Origin: a virus
Strand: one strand, 5' to 3'
DNA: 64,000 nt
IMG/VR virus record: IMGVR_UViG_3300046096_000525
Location: 4,002 to 68,001 of that record
In this document: one piece after another, positions 9,487 to 17,253 of the stretch
How positions within the stretch are numbered: the stretch's first letter is position 1
Layout of the letters: each line of letters starts with the position of its first letter
Position numbers and translations under genes: made by a program
Notes under the pieces: model-generated
Told to the model about the DNA's origin: nothing
Databases searched by the model: none
What the model saw: only the letters and a program-made list of their open reading frames with translations

Positions 9487-9753
9487 ATGTCAGATCAAAA
9501 CAAGATTTCAGAAGAGCATTTAGTATCATTAAAAGAATTTACAGGATTCTTTACAAATGCAAAAACAATCCTAGGAGAAGTTACTCTTAGATACGAGGCG
9601 GATAAGGAAAGTATCTTATCTCAAGTAAAAGCTAAAAACGAAGCTTTTGTAGAATTCCAAAAAGAGTTGGAAACAGCATACGGTAAAGTAAACATCAGCA
9701 TTGAGACTGGTGAGTACACAGAAGTAGAATTAGAAGACCAAAAAGCAGAGTAA
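9487..9753 (+). CDS. hypothetical protein (88 aa)
   Basis: ORF track. Confidence 0.5.
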   Translation: MSDQNKISEEHLVSLKEFTGFFTNAKTILGEVTLRYEADKESILSQVKAKNEAFVEFQKELETAYGKVNISIETGEYTEVELEDQKAE

Positions 9754-9757
9754 TATT

Positions 9758-10156
9758 ATGGTAGTAGAAGAAAAAAACCCAATGAACTACGGTTACTTTG
9801 GAGATGAGCAGATTACAATTTCTGCTAGAGAGTTCATGATGTTGAAAGCGGCTGTTGAACACGGTATTAACGCTACATCTGAGAGCTATATGCCAGAAGT
9901 ATTAAGATTTATAAACACAGAAGACTCTTCAATAGTAGAATCCCCTTCTGATGAAGACTTAACTTCAGGTAAAGTAGTAACTGTTACAGACAGAGAGGCT
10001 ACATTTAACCCTCGTAATGTTAGATTTCAGTATTCTACCAAACTTACACCAGATATGGTTGAAGGTCAAGAACTTATCATGGCTATTCATACAAGAAGTG
10101 TAGAGGCTGGTATTGCTAAAACTAAAGAGGAGTTAGAAGCTGCTTCAAAAAAATAA
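9758..10156 (+). CDS. hypothetical protein (132 aa)
   Basis: ORF track. Confidence 0.5.
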   Translation: MVVEEKNPMNYGYFGDEQITISAREFMMLKAAVEHGINATSESYMPEVLRFINTEDSSIVESPSDEDLTSGKVVTVTDREATFNPRNVRFQYSTKLTPDMVEGQELIMAIHTRSVEAGIAKTKEELEAASKK

Positions 10157-10161
10157 CAGCT

Positions 10162-10470
10162 ATGAATAACGAAGAGGAACTTTCTTCTTACTTAAAGAAG
10201 AGCTTATCTATAGTTAAAAAAGAATTAGGAGAGGTATGCACGTACCTCTCTTTTTCAAAAGAGAAATCAGTAAATAAGGATACTGGCATTTTGGAAGAAT
10301 ATGATGCTTTTGTTGCAAAGATTAAAAACAATCTTGGTGGAAAAGATAAAATTATATACCGCATAGAAAAACCCCTATATATGTTAGAGGCTGCAGATTT
10401 CAATTCGCTTTTGTATAACTTAAATGAAAAAATATATGAGCGAGGAGAGTCAAATACAGAAGCAGTATAA
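10162..10470 (+). CDS. hypothetical protein (102 aa)
   Basis: ORF track. Confidence 0.45.
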   Translation: MNNEEELSSYLKKSLSIVKKELGEVCTYLSFSKEKSVNKDTGILEEYDAFVAKIKNNLGGKDKIIYRIEKPLYMLEAADFNSLLYNLNEKIYERGESNTEAV

Positions 10471-10612
10471 TTCTTTTAAAGAGTCAGGGGATTTAAAAAT
10501 GCTATTTCCTAAACTTACAGGAAATTGGGAAAAAGACAAAGCTAGATTTACAAAAATCTGGGAAGAAAACCAAAGATTACTAGAAGAAGCAGAGCGTTTC
10601 TACAAAAAATAA
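10424..10612 (+). CDS. hypothetical protein (62 aa; true start may be Met at 10436)
   Basis: ORF track; overlaps 3' end of previous ORF in another frame. Confidence 0.4.
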   Translation: MKKYMSEESQIQKQYNSFKESGDLKMLFPKLTGNWEKDKARFTKIWEENQRLLEEAERFYKK

Positions 10613-10624
10613 AAAGTAAACAAG

Positions 10625-12163
10625 ATGTTAAAAATAGGAAAAGAGGCAAAAGAATCTCTTATCAGGGGTATTAACGTAGTATCAGATGCAGTCAAGACAA
10701 CGATGGGGGCAGAAGGTAAGACAGTTATTATCGAGAATAAAATGGGATTCAAACCTCACATTACTAAAGATGGGGTAACAGTAGCCGAGAGTATCTTACT
10801 AGAAGATGCTTACGAAGAGATTGGTGCCAAGTTGATCAAAGAAGCCGCAAGAAGAACGGTTGATTTAGTAGGAGATGGTACAACTACAGCCACGGTTATC
10901 ACACAAGAGTTGATAAACAGAGGTTTAGAGAAACTAGAATCCGGAGTATCACACGTAGAGTTAAGAGAAGGTATGGCTATTGCAATCGAAGATGTAAAGC
11001 TTGCCCTGAAAGGCTTGAAGAAAGAGGTTGGTGAAAAAGAGGTAAAGCAAATAGCTACTATCTCTGCAAATAATGATGCCGTAGTAGGAGAAATTATAGC
11101 TGACGTATACAAGAAGATTGGCGTAGAAGGAACGGTTGATGTACAAGAAGGTGTAGCAAAAGACACTACAGTTAATTACATCGAAGGTATGTCACTAGAT
11201 AGAGGTTGGGCTTTGCCACACTTTGTATCTGACACAAGTACCGGAACAGCAGAACTTAATGACACTTATATCTTGATCTACGATGGTAAGATCAATGCAG
11301 TAAACGATATTGCAGAACACGTAAGAAAGGCCCAAACAGAAGGTAAAGGATTGCACATTTTTGCTGAAGATTTAGACGAAGGTGTTATGACAATGCTTGT
11401 CAAAAGTAAAATGCAAGGTACATTCAGAGTTACCGTTACTATGAACCCAGATTTTGGAACCAATAGAACTAGTATCTTAGAGGACCTAGCAATATTTACT
11501 GGAGGAGAAGTTTTCACGCCTAAGTTCTCTACAAAAGTAGTACTAGGACATGCTGCAAAAACAATCTCAGACAAAAGTAGAACAGTTATAATTACAGATA
11601 CCGGAAGCCAAGAGCTTTTAGACAGAATTGAAGTGTTAAAAACTCAAGTTGAGAACACAGAAGACGTTGTAGACAAAGCTAAACTGGTAAAAAGGTTGTC
11701 AAACTTGAGAAATGCCGTGGCTATTGTAACAGTTGGTGGAGTTACCGATCTTGAAGTTAAAGAAAAGAAAGATAGGATTGATGATGCTGTTAGTGCTGTA
11801 CGATCTGCACTAGAAGGTGGATTTGTTGCCGGTGGAGGATCAACTTTATTATATATTTCCAAGTACAAAATGAAGAAAAAGCTGAAAGGCGGCCAAAAAG
11901 ATGGATATGAGTTGTTGAAAGCAGCTATCCAGAAGCCTTTTGAGCAAATTTTGTTGAATGCTGGGTTAGACAAAGACAAATACGAGCCTAGACTTAGAGT
12001 TTACGGTAAAGGTATCAATGTCAAAACTAGAAAAGTAGAAAATTTACTAGAAAGAGGAGTTATTGACTCAGCTAAAGTAGTAGAAGTTTCTTTAGAGAAT
12101 GCTAATTCAGTAGCCTCACTAGTACTACAAACAGATTGTATAATCACAAGTGCCGGACTATAA
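10625..12163 (+). CDS. groEL: GroEL-like chaperonin (Cpn60 family)
   Basis: DLVGDGTTTATVITQ matches GroEL AGDGTTTATVLA motif; VAGGGSTLLY ~ GroEL VAGGG; length 512 aa with equatorial/apical layout; lacks GGM C-terminal repeat. Confidence 0.8.
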   Translation: MLKIGKEAKESLIRGINVVSDAVKTTMGAEGKTVIIENKMGFKPHITKDGVTVAESILLEDAYEEIGAKLIKEAARRTVDLVGDGTTTATVITQELINRGLEKLESGVSHVELREGMAIAIEDVKLALKGLKKEVGEKEVKQIATISANNDAVVGEIIADVYKKIGVEGTVDVQEGVAKDTTVNYIEGMSLDRGWALPHFVSDTSTGTAELNDTYILIYDGKINAVNDIAEHVRKAQTEGKGLHIFAEDLDEGVMTMLVKSKMQGTFRVTVTMNPDFGTNRTSILEDLAIFTGGEVFTPKFSTKVVLGHAAKTISDKSRTVIITDTGSQELLDRIEVLKTQVENTEDVVDKAKLVKRLSNLRNAVAIVTVGGVTDLEVKEKKDRIDDAVSAVRSALEGGFVAGGGSTLLYISKYKMKKKLKGGQKDGYELLKAAIQKPFEQILLNAGLDKDKYEPRLRVYGKGINVKTRKVENLLERGVIDSAKVVEVSLENANSVASLVLQTDCIITSAGL

Positions 12164-12410
12164 TATGAAACCACTATTTCAAAGAGTTCTACTAAAAGTA
12201 GAAGTATTAAAGGAAGCCGAGTTATTCGGTGAAGAGCAAGATAAACCAAAAGTATACCTTGTTGATAAAGCAGATGACTGTCACGAATCTTTGCATAACC
12301 TATTAAATAGTCAAGTACTGTTTAATGGTGTTATTGCCGAGGTGGTAGAAGAGACAGAGGAGCATAAATTAGTATTAACTCACGAGACAAACCTTTTGAT
12401 GTCTTACTAA
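12150..12410 (+). CDS. groES: GroES-like co-chaperonin (Cpn10 family)
   Basis: MKPLFQRVLLKV ~ GroES IRPLHDRVIVKR; C-terminal KLVLTHETNLLMSY ~ EVLIMSESDILAIV; 86 aa; immediately downstream of (overlapping) GroEL-like gene. Confidence 0.6.
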   Translation: MPDYNMKPLFQRVLLKVEVLKEAELFGEEQDKPKVYLVDKADDCHESLHNLLNSQVLFNGVIAEVVEETEEHKLVLTHETNLLMSY

Positions 12411-12508
12411 AATCCCCTATAAACAACACAAGTTAATAGTCCTGTCGCTGTTGGTATACCCAGCAGTTCTGAATCCAGCCAAAAGGCGTAGGCGGTGTTA
12501 AGGTACAG
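12411..12508 (+). ncRNA. GC-rich structured RNA segment (5' flank of low-complexity ORF); contains GCGTAGGCGGTGTTAAGGT resembling tRNA acceptor/D region
   Basis: Local GC well above the window's AT-rich background; hairpin CTGTTGG-TATAC-CCAGCAG; shares GTTAAGGT box with 13106-13116. Confidence 0.25.
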
Positions 12509-12874
12509 GTGGCTGTAGGGTCAAATCTAAAAAATAAACATATCATGAATTCATCATCATTAACAGGAAGTACTACTTCTATCAGTGGTTATAGCACCAA
12601 TAGTTGTAACACTTTAGGTTCAAGCCTAACACTAACACCAAACACAATTTATTATCACGGAAATCAAAACCAAATGAGACAAGTAAAAGCAGTACTACTT
12701 AAAGTAGTAAAAGACCCAGAGACAAACGCTATTATAGACTCTACTGTAGATCTAGAGTTTTGGGTAAAACAAAAATCAGATGTGTCTTTTGAACTAGCAG
12801 CTATGAGCCAATTAGGTAGAGTGATAGATCCAGAAACAGAAGTATTAAAAGAGATATACTCGATATACTTATAG
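12509..12874 (+). CDS. questionable ORF (GTG start in track; first ATG at 12545); S/T-rich low-complexity N-half
   Basis: ORF track; embedded between two GC-rich structured RNA segments; no nuclease motifs (GIY-YIG/HNH/LAGLIDADG) seen. Confidence 0.25.
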   Translation: MAVGSNLKNKHIMNSSSLTGSTTSISGYSTNSCNTLGSSLTLTPNTIYYHGNQNQMRQVKAVLLKVVKDPETNAIIDSTVDLEFWVKQKSDVSFELAAMSQLGRVIDPETEVLKEIYSIYL

Positions 12875-13186
12875 GAAAAAGCCCTCTGCTGGTGCACCAG
12901 TATGGATCGAAGATGGGGATTACTGATACGATTGAAATAAAAACCTCTTCGGAGTTATCGTATAGGCGAGGAAGCCCACCGGAACGTAGGCCGGCACAGT
13001 TATAGCTCTGGGGATATTTGAAAAGCTATAAAAATTGGGGGCAGGGTAATATTGTTTGAGAGGTCAAAGGACAGAACTGAACCTGGACAGCCCCCATAAT
13101 ATTGCGTTAAGGTGTAATGGTTGCATGGAACTCTCATAAGGTTCACGGGGTGGTTCGATTCCACAGTACGCTACTAATTTTAAAGT
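12875..13186 (+). ncRNA. GC-rich structured RNA with nested helices and tetraloops, ending in a tRNA-like 3' module (anticodon arm GAACT-CTCATAA-GGTTC at 13127-13143; T-arm GGTGG-TTCGATT-CCACA at 13148-13164)
   Basis: Hairpins CTGGTGCACCAG, ATACGAT..(CTC-TTCG-GAG)..ATCGTAT, CCGG-AACGTAGG-CCGG, GGGGGC...GCCCCC long-range pair; CAU anticodon loop and canonical T-loop but no clean acceptor/D-arm. Confidence 0.3.
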
Positions 13187-13459
13187 ATGAGAGATAGTTA
13201 TATCAGAATGAGAAATTCCGGAAACTTGGATATTAATTGGTTCTTTAAATATTTCAGGCAAGAGGGAGGGAATGCAGATCCAAGTCTATTTTATGAAGCC
13301 TTTGAGTATGAAAGAATAGACAAGATAGAAGTTCCAGGGGGGTATATGGAAAATAAGATACCTAGAAAAAAAGAGGAATTAATACAAAACATGGATAGGA
13401 AGTTTGGATTGACTATCCTGTATGATCAAAACGGTAAATTTTTAAAAGTAGTAGACTAA
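13187..13459 (+). CDS. hypothetical protein (90 aa)
   Basis: ORF track. Confidence 0.45.
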   Translation: MRDSYIRMRNSGNLDINWFFKYFRQEGGNADPSLFYEAFEYERIDKIEVPGGYMENKIPRKKEELIQNMDRKFGLTILYDQNGKFLKVVD

Positions 13460-13460
13460 A

Positions 13461-13706
13461 ATGGCAGCAGTAGAAGCAATCAAATTTTCAGCAACATGGT
13501 GTGGACCATGCCGAGTAGTAGGTAAAGCTCTAGAAGGAGTAGACTTAAAACAAGTAGACATTGACACAGACGTTGATGGATTAGCAAAAGAGTACAATAT
13601 CCGTAGTGTACCTACAATAGTATTTGTAAAAGACGGCCAAGAGGTAGCAAGACATGCCGGACTTATTACTAAAGCAGAGTACGAAACTAAACTAGCCTCT
13701 TTGTAA
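13461..13706 (+). CDS. trxA: thioredoxin
   Basis: WCGPC active-site motif at residues 13-17, 81 aa, thioredoxin-fold length and C-terminal pattern. Confidence 0.8.
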   Translation: MAAVEAIKFSATWCGPCRVVGKALEGVDLKQVDIDTDVDGLAKEYNIRSVPTIVFVKDGQEVARHAGLITKAEYETKLASL

Positions 13707-13707
13707 G

Positions 13708-14394
13708 ATGATTAATATTTGGAAAGGTAAGAAATACCTAAAGTTAGAGCATTGTACATCCCCATGGTATACCACAAACAGAGGAAAAGACTTCTGCTTA
13801 AAGCATCATTTTACAGTATGGGGTTGGTCCCTAGCTACTAGAATGGTAAAGAGAGGATATAAAGAAGAGTACGTAAGAAAAGCAGAGTACGTATTTGGGC
13901 ATGTAAGTCCAGTACTTACTAAAAAGTATGATGCAGTAGATAAATATGAAGACCATCTAGACTTATTCTGCAAGACAGATTACCCAACACTGTACTGTTA
14001 CAATATTGAGGGAGATTTGCTAGGAAGAATAGACGACCTTAAGTGGATGTTCACCCATAACTGTGTAGCTGATAAAAATCTAGCAGGTGTGGCCTACTCT
14101 CAGACAGAGGGAGGATATATAGGATACTCACACAGAGCAAGACAAATATTCAAGATAGGGGACAAACTGTTTGACCCTAAGTACGAGCCACAAGAATTAG
14201 ACTATGAAGAGTGGGAGTGGGCAGGATTCTTACAAGACCAAGTAAGAGTACAGAAAGAGCATAACGATCTAGGAGAAGAGTACATTGTACCTATCAAAGA
14301 TGTAATACCTTTCAAGAAAAGAGGATCTGTACTTATCAAGACCCCTAAGGAAGCACGTAAAGCAGCACATAATTTCTCTAAGTATGTTAGCTAG
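13708..14394 (+). CDS. hypothetical protein (228 aa)
   Basis: ORF track. Confidence 0.5.
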   Translation: MINIWKGKKYLKLEHCTSPWYTTNRGKDFCLKHHFTVWGWSLATRMVKRGYKEEYVRKAEYVFGHVSPVLTKKYDAVDKYEDHLDLFCKTDYPTLYCYNIEGDLLGRIDDLKWMFTHNCVADKNLAGVAYSQTEGGYIGYSHRARQIFKIGDKLFDPKYEPQELDYEEWEWAGFLQDQVRVQKEHNDLGEEYIVPIKDVIPFKKRGSVLIKTPKEARKAAHNFSKYVS

Positions 14395-14617
14395 TATATT
14401 AGAACAGTACGAAGACGAAGAGTTCTTGATAGCCGATGGATTTAATCAAGCTGTAATAGGTGTAGAAGAGTCTACAATGAGACTGATCTATTCTGTCAAT
14501 AAGTGTATAGAGATATTAACAGAGGATATGTCAGAGGAAGATGCAATAGAGTACTTCAACTATAATGTCCTTAGAAGCTATGTTGGAGAGAAGACCCCAA
14601 TATGGTGTAACCCATAA
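14384..14617 (+). CDS. hypothetical acidic protein (77 aa)
   Basis: ORF track. Confidence 0.45.
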   Translation: MLASILEQYEDEEFLIADGFNQAVIGVEESTMRLIYSVNKCIEILTEDMSEEDAIEYFNYNVLRSYVGEKTPIWCNP

Positions 14618-14637
14618 GCACCACAAACCAAAAACCA

Positions 14638-14663
14638 CCCCGGAGAGATCTGGGGTTTTTTTT
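14638..14663 (+). terminator. rho-independent terminator CCCCGGA-GAGA-TCTGGGG + T8
   Basis: 7-bp GC stem with GAGA loop followed by TTTTTTTT, 21 nt after stop of 14384..14617. Confidence 0.7.
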
Positions 14664-14835
14664 ATACCCCCCCACCCTTTTATACCCTAGTGATTTAGTA
14701 GGGATTATAAATTTTTTTATATCAATTTTTTAAAACTGATTTTATGTGGGGGACACCCTAACCACCATACAGAAAACCCCGGCAAGATTCGGAGGATTTT
14801 ACCCCACCCCCCCTATGTGTCCAGCCAGATTACTT

Positions 14836-14851
14836 TGTGCCTTAAACAGCC
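14836..14851 (+). repeat. 16-nt repeat TGTGCCTTAAACAGCC (copy 1; copy 2 at 35881-35896)
   Basis: Exact 16/16 match (17-18 with flanking T/G) in two non-coding regions. Confidence 0.6.
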
Positions 14852-15375
14852 TCTAAAAGTTTTTGACTTTTCCAACTTATTTTTATACTATTTGTCTATA
14901 GTATGTTAGTATGTTATAGTGTTAGCTTATACTAGAGTGTAGTCCTGTCCAGGTGACTAGGTTCTAGGCCAGCTTATTTAGACTAGTTACATATAATATA
15001 ATTGTTAATAACTTTCTACATTTTTATTTGTGTATTAAATTCTTTTTACAGGTCGCCAAAAAATACCCCTATTTTGCTCCTGTTGCATTATCTCAGAGTT
15101 TTAATGTTACGATATCATGGAGGGGTTATCGTGTCTTAAATCGCTTTATTTAGCCTTATATGATAATCCTTTGCGAAGCCCCGAAAACACTAGGATAAAA
15201 AAATATTTAAACTTTTTTACATAAACGCTTGTTTATATCATATATAGTTGTATATTTGCAAAGGGTTAGAGAGAAAGGCACTAGCTTTTTACCTAACTAG
15301 CTGATTATCAGCACGTTCCTTGAAATACTGAATACTATCTTACAAGGCTAAGCCAGTAGGCCTAAGATTACCGGC

Positions 15376-15384
15376 ACTCTCACA
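15376..15384 (+). promoter_or_regulatory. ACTCTCACA box 9 nt upstream of ATG 15394
   Basis: Member of recurrent AACTCTCACA-N1-9-ATG motif (five copies 15376-18426). Confidence 0.4.
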
Positions 15385-15393
15385 TTATATACT

Positions 15394-15633
15394 ATGACAA
15401 ATTTTGAAGCAATTAACAAGTTCATGTACTTCGCCCACAACTTCGGTTACAACTTCATTGAAGAAGTTTGGAAATCCGAGCCTAACATGGCAAACCACTT
15501 AAGAAGTAAGTTCAACAGCTACGCCCAACAGCAAGGCAACGGGACAAACGGGTTCTTCAGGTGGTTTATGGAGCTAGACAACGGCAACAAAGAAACGTTG
15601 ACCGATTGGATTGGAGCAAATTACAAAGGATAA
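15394..15633 (+). CDS. hypothetical protein (79 aa)
   Basis: ORF track; preceded by CTCTCACA box, followed by GC hairpin. Confidence 0.5.
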   Translation: MTNFEAINKFMYFAHNFGYNFIEEVWKSEPNMANHLRSKFNSYAQQQGNGTNGFFRWFMELDNGNKETLTDWIGANYKG

Positions 15634-15642
15634 ATTAACCAA

Positions 15643-15660
15643 GCCCCTCGCAAGGGGGGC
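15643..15660 (+). terminator. GC hairpin GCCCCTC-GCAA-GGGGGGC (intercistronic; weak U-tract)
   Basis: 7-bp GC stem; followed by TATTT then AACTCTCACA box and next ATG. Confidence 0.45.
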
Positions 15661-15665
15661 TATTT

Positions 15666-15675
15666 AACTCTCACA
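15666..15675 (+). promoter_or_regulatory. AACTCTCACA box 2 nt upstream of ATG 15678
   Basis: Recurrent motif. Confidence 0.4.
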
Positions 15676-15677
15676 TT

Positions 15678-15863
15678 ATGAATAAGACTTATTACCACAT
15701 TTTAGAGTACGGAAGCTACGGGGAAGTAGGTTACCAAGGCTATTACCTAACACTAGAGGAAGCTAAACAGGAAGTTGCTCATTTATATGACTGCTTTCCT
15801 AATTCGGATTTTCAAGTTGAACCCTCTAATAGTAAGAGGGAGCCTGTTAACGTAACAATTTAA
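15678..15863 (+). CDS. hypothetical protein (61 aa)
   Basis: ORF track. Confidence 0.45.
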   Translation: MNKTYYHILEYGSYGEVGYQGYYLTLEEAKQEVAHLYDCFPNSDFQVEPSNSKREPVNVTI

Positions 15864-15872
15864 ACTCTCACA
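15863..15872 (+). promoter_or_regulatory. AACTCTCACA box 2 nt upstream of ATG 15875 (overlaps previous stop)
   Basis: Recurrent motif. Confidence 0.4.
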
Positions 15873-15874
15873 GT

Positions 15875-16192
15875 ATGAACGCAAAAAAATTTCCGATAGG
15901 GGTTCAAAGGAAGATTGACACTATCAACGCAATGATTGAAAGCATAAACGAGTCAGAAGTTGTACCTTACACTTATGCAGGTGGTACTTGGCCTTATGCA
16001 GTTTACATCAAGCCTATAGTTATTAAGAACCAATTCGTCACCATCGAGGGCGGTAAGTACGGGACTTATATTGAAGGCAAGGAAAGGTATAATGTTAACA
16101 AGGTCTCCACATTTGGGGACGATTACTGCAGGAAACATCTAGAGTACACTCTAGGGATTATTCTGAAGACATTCAAGAAGACATTAAACTAA
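15875..16192 (+). CDS. hypothetical protein (105 aa)
   Basis: ORF track. Confidence 0.5.
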   Translation: MNAKKFPIGVQRKIDTINAMIESINESEVVPYTYAGGTWPYAVYIKPIVIKNQFVTIEGGKYGTYIEGKERYNVNKVSTFGDDYCRKHLEYTLGIILKTFKKTLN

Positions 16193-16201
16193 TACTAATC
16201 A

Positions 16202-16219
16202 GCCCCTCGAAAGGGGGGC
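16202..16219 (+). terminator. GC hairpin GCCCCTC-GAAA-GGGGGGC (intercistronic)
   Basis: 7-bp stem, GAAA loop, followed by TTAATC. Confidence 0.45.
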
Positions 16220-16321
16220 TTAATCTAAACATCATGAAATATTTTTTACAGCATCAGAAACCGCAAATCATTTTTTGTATTATTGTAGCACTTTATTTTC
16301 TAACTAGATTTTTATACTAAC

Positions 16322-16549
16322 ATGAAGACACTAACAGAAATCCAGATTGAAGCCCACAAGTTGTACATGCAACTTGAGCTAGGACCTTTTTTTAATACTT
16401 ACCACGATTGGATGTATGACCTACTGCAGGAGATTGATTACCTGGAGGAGGATGATGAAGAGGATTATAAGACAGCAGAAGACATTCTAACAAAATGCAA
16501 GGCTCTGATCAAAGCACAAAAAATATTACTAACAGCAAACCTAAACTAA
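16322..16549 (+). CDS. hypothetical highly acidic protein (75 aa; EEDDEEDYK)
   Basis: ORF track. Confidence 0.45.
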   Translation: MKTLTEIQIEAHKLYMQLELGPFFNTYHDWMYDLLQEIDYLEEDDEEDYKTAEDILTKCKALIKAQKILLTANLN

Positions 16550-16716
16550 GCTATGCGAAACCTAGAAAATTACATTGTACATTGTCCAGTTGAAAACATC
16601 CAGTGGGATGAGTACGACAGACCTTATGAGCAAACACCAAATGGTAAAATAATGCTCTCGATCAAATCCGGAACTCTCCAGACAAAGATCAAAACCAGAA
16701 ACGTTTAATTAATAAC

Positions 16717-16734
16717 CGGCCCTCTACGGGGGGC
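16717..16734 (+). terminator. GC hairpin (CCGGCCCTC-TAC-GGGGGGC), intercistronic
   Basis: GC-rich stem followed by TTAATA then ACTCTCACA box. Confidence 0.35.
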
Positions 16735-16739
16735 TTAAT

Positions 16740-16748
16740 ACTCTCACA
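16740..16748 (+). promoter_or_regulatory. ACTCTCACA box 2 nt upstream of ATG 16751
   Basis: Recurrent motif. Confidence 0.4.
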
Positions 16749-16750
16749 CA

Positions 16751-17152
16751 ATGAAAAAAAGATTAGATTGCCAGATGGGTAAAAACCTAAAGATGTCTCC
16801 TGAAACGTATGCATTAAGAACTCAGGTGATGGGTCACGTATACGAAGCTAAGAACCTGTTGAGGTCTCAAGGTATCCAGATGGATCGGGTTGATGTAAGG
16901 ATCACTGATGACTCCGGTAACGGTGCCCTGGGCATGGCGAGATTGAATGACAGGATCATATGGATTAGCTTGAGCAGCCTGAAGCGATGGAAAGCACACC
17001 TCAGGGTCGTAGTATTCCATGAGCTGGTCCACACTCTCACAGGATTTGAGCATGATGACAATTGCCGTCTAATGTGTCCCTGTGTGAAGATCCGACCACT
17101 GGATGAGCAGGAGACTAATAAGTTATTCCTGAAGTACTTCACCAAAAGATAG
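16751..17152 (+). CDS. putative zinc metallopeptidase (HExxH; ImmA/IrrE- or SprT-like)
   Basis: VVVFHELVHTLTGFEHDD: HELVH plus downstream acidic ligand candidates; 133 aa. Confidence 0.45.
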   Translation: MKKRLDCQMGKNLKMSPETYALRTQVMGHVYEAKNLLRSQGIQMDRVDVRITDDSGNGALGMARLNDRIIWISLSSLKRWKAHLRVVVFHELVHTLTGFEHDDNCRLMCPCVKIRPLDEQETNKLFLKYFTKR

Positions 17153-17160
17153 TATTCAAC

Positions 17161-17190
17161 GCCCCTCAAAAAAATGGGGGGCTTTATTTT
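17161..17190 (+). terminator. terminator GCCCCTC-AAAAAAAT-GGGGGGC + TTTATTTT
   Basis: 7-bp GC stem followed by T-rich tract. Confidence 0.55.
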
Positions 17191-17210
17191 GTTTATTAAA
17201 AAATTATTTA

Positions 17211-17218
17211 TATATTTG
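17211..17218 (+). promoter_or_regulatory. -7 box TATATTTG with downstream conserved leader (CCGGCAACGGTGCC...CTAAAAACC)
   Basis: TAnnTTTG match 36 nt upstream of ATG 17254. Confidence 0.45.
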
Positions 17219-17253
17219 TACCGGCAACGGTGCCACACTAAAAACCTTATATC

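Noticed and set aside
12509-12874. ORF between the structured RNA flanks as an intron-encoded homing endonuclease
   Set aside because: No LAGLIDADG, GIY-YIG, HNH or His-Cys box motifs. N-half is S/T low complexity. Kept only as a questionable ORF.
15636-17190. GC hairpins (GCCCCTC..GGGGGGC) as N4-type hairpin promoters for a virion RNAP
   Set aside because: Tempting because they precede small early-type genes. But at 18384-18426 the same downstream box is clearly inside a sigma-A transcribed leader, and no vRNAP motifs were found. More parsimonious as intercistronic terminator/attenuator or stability hairpins.
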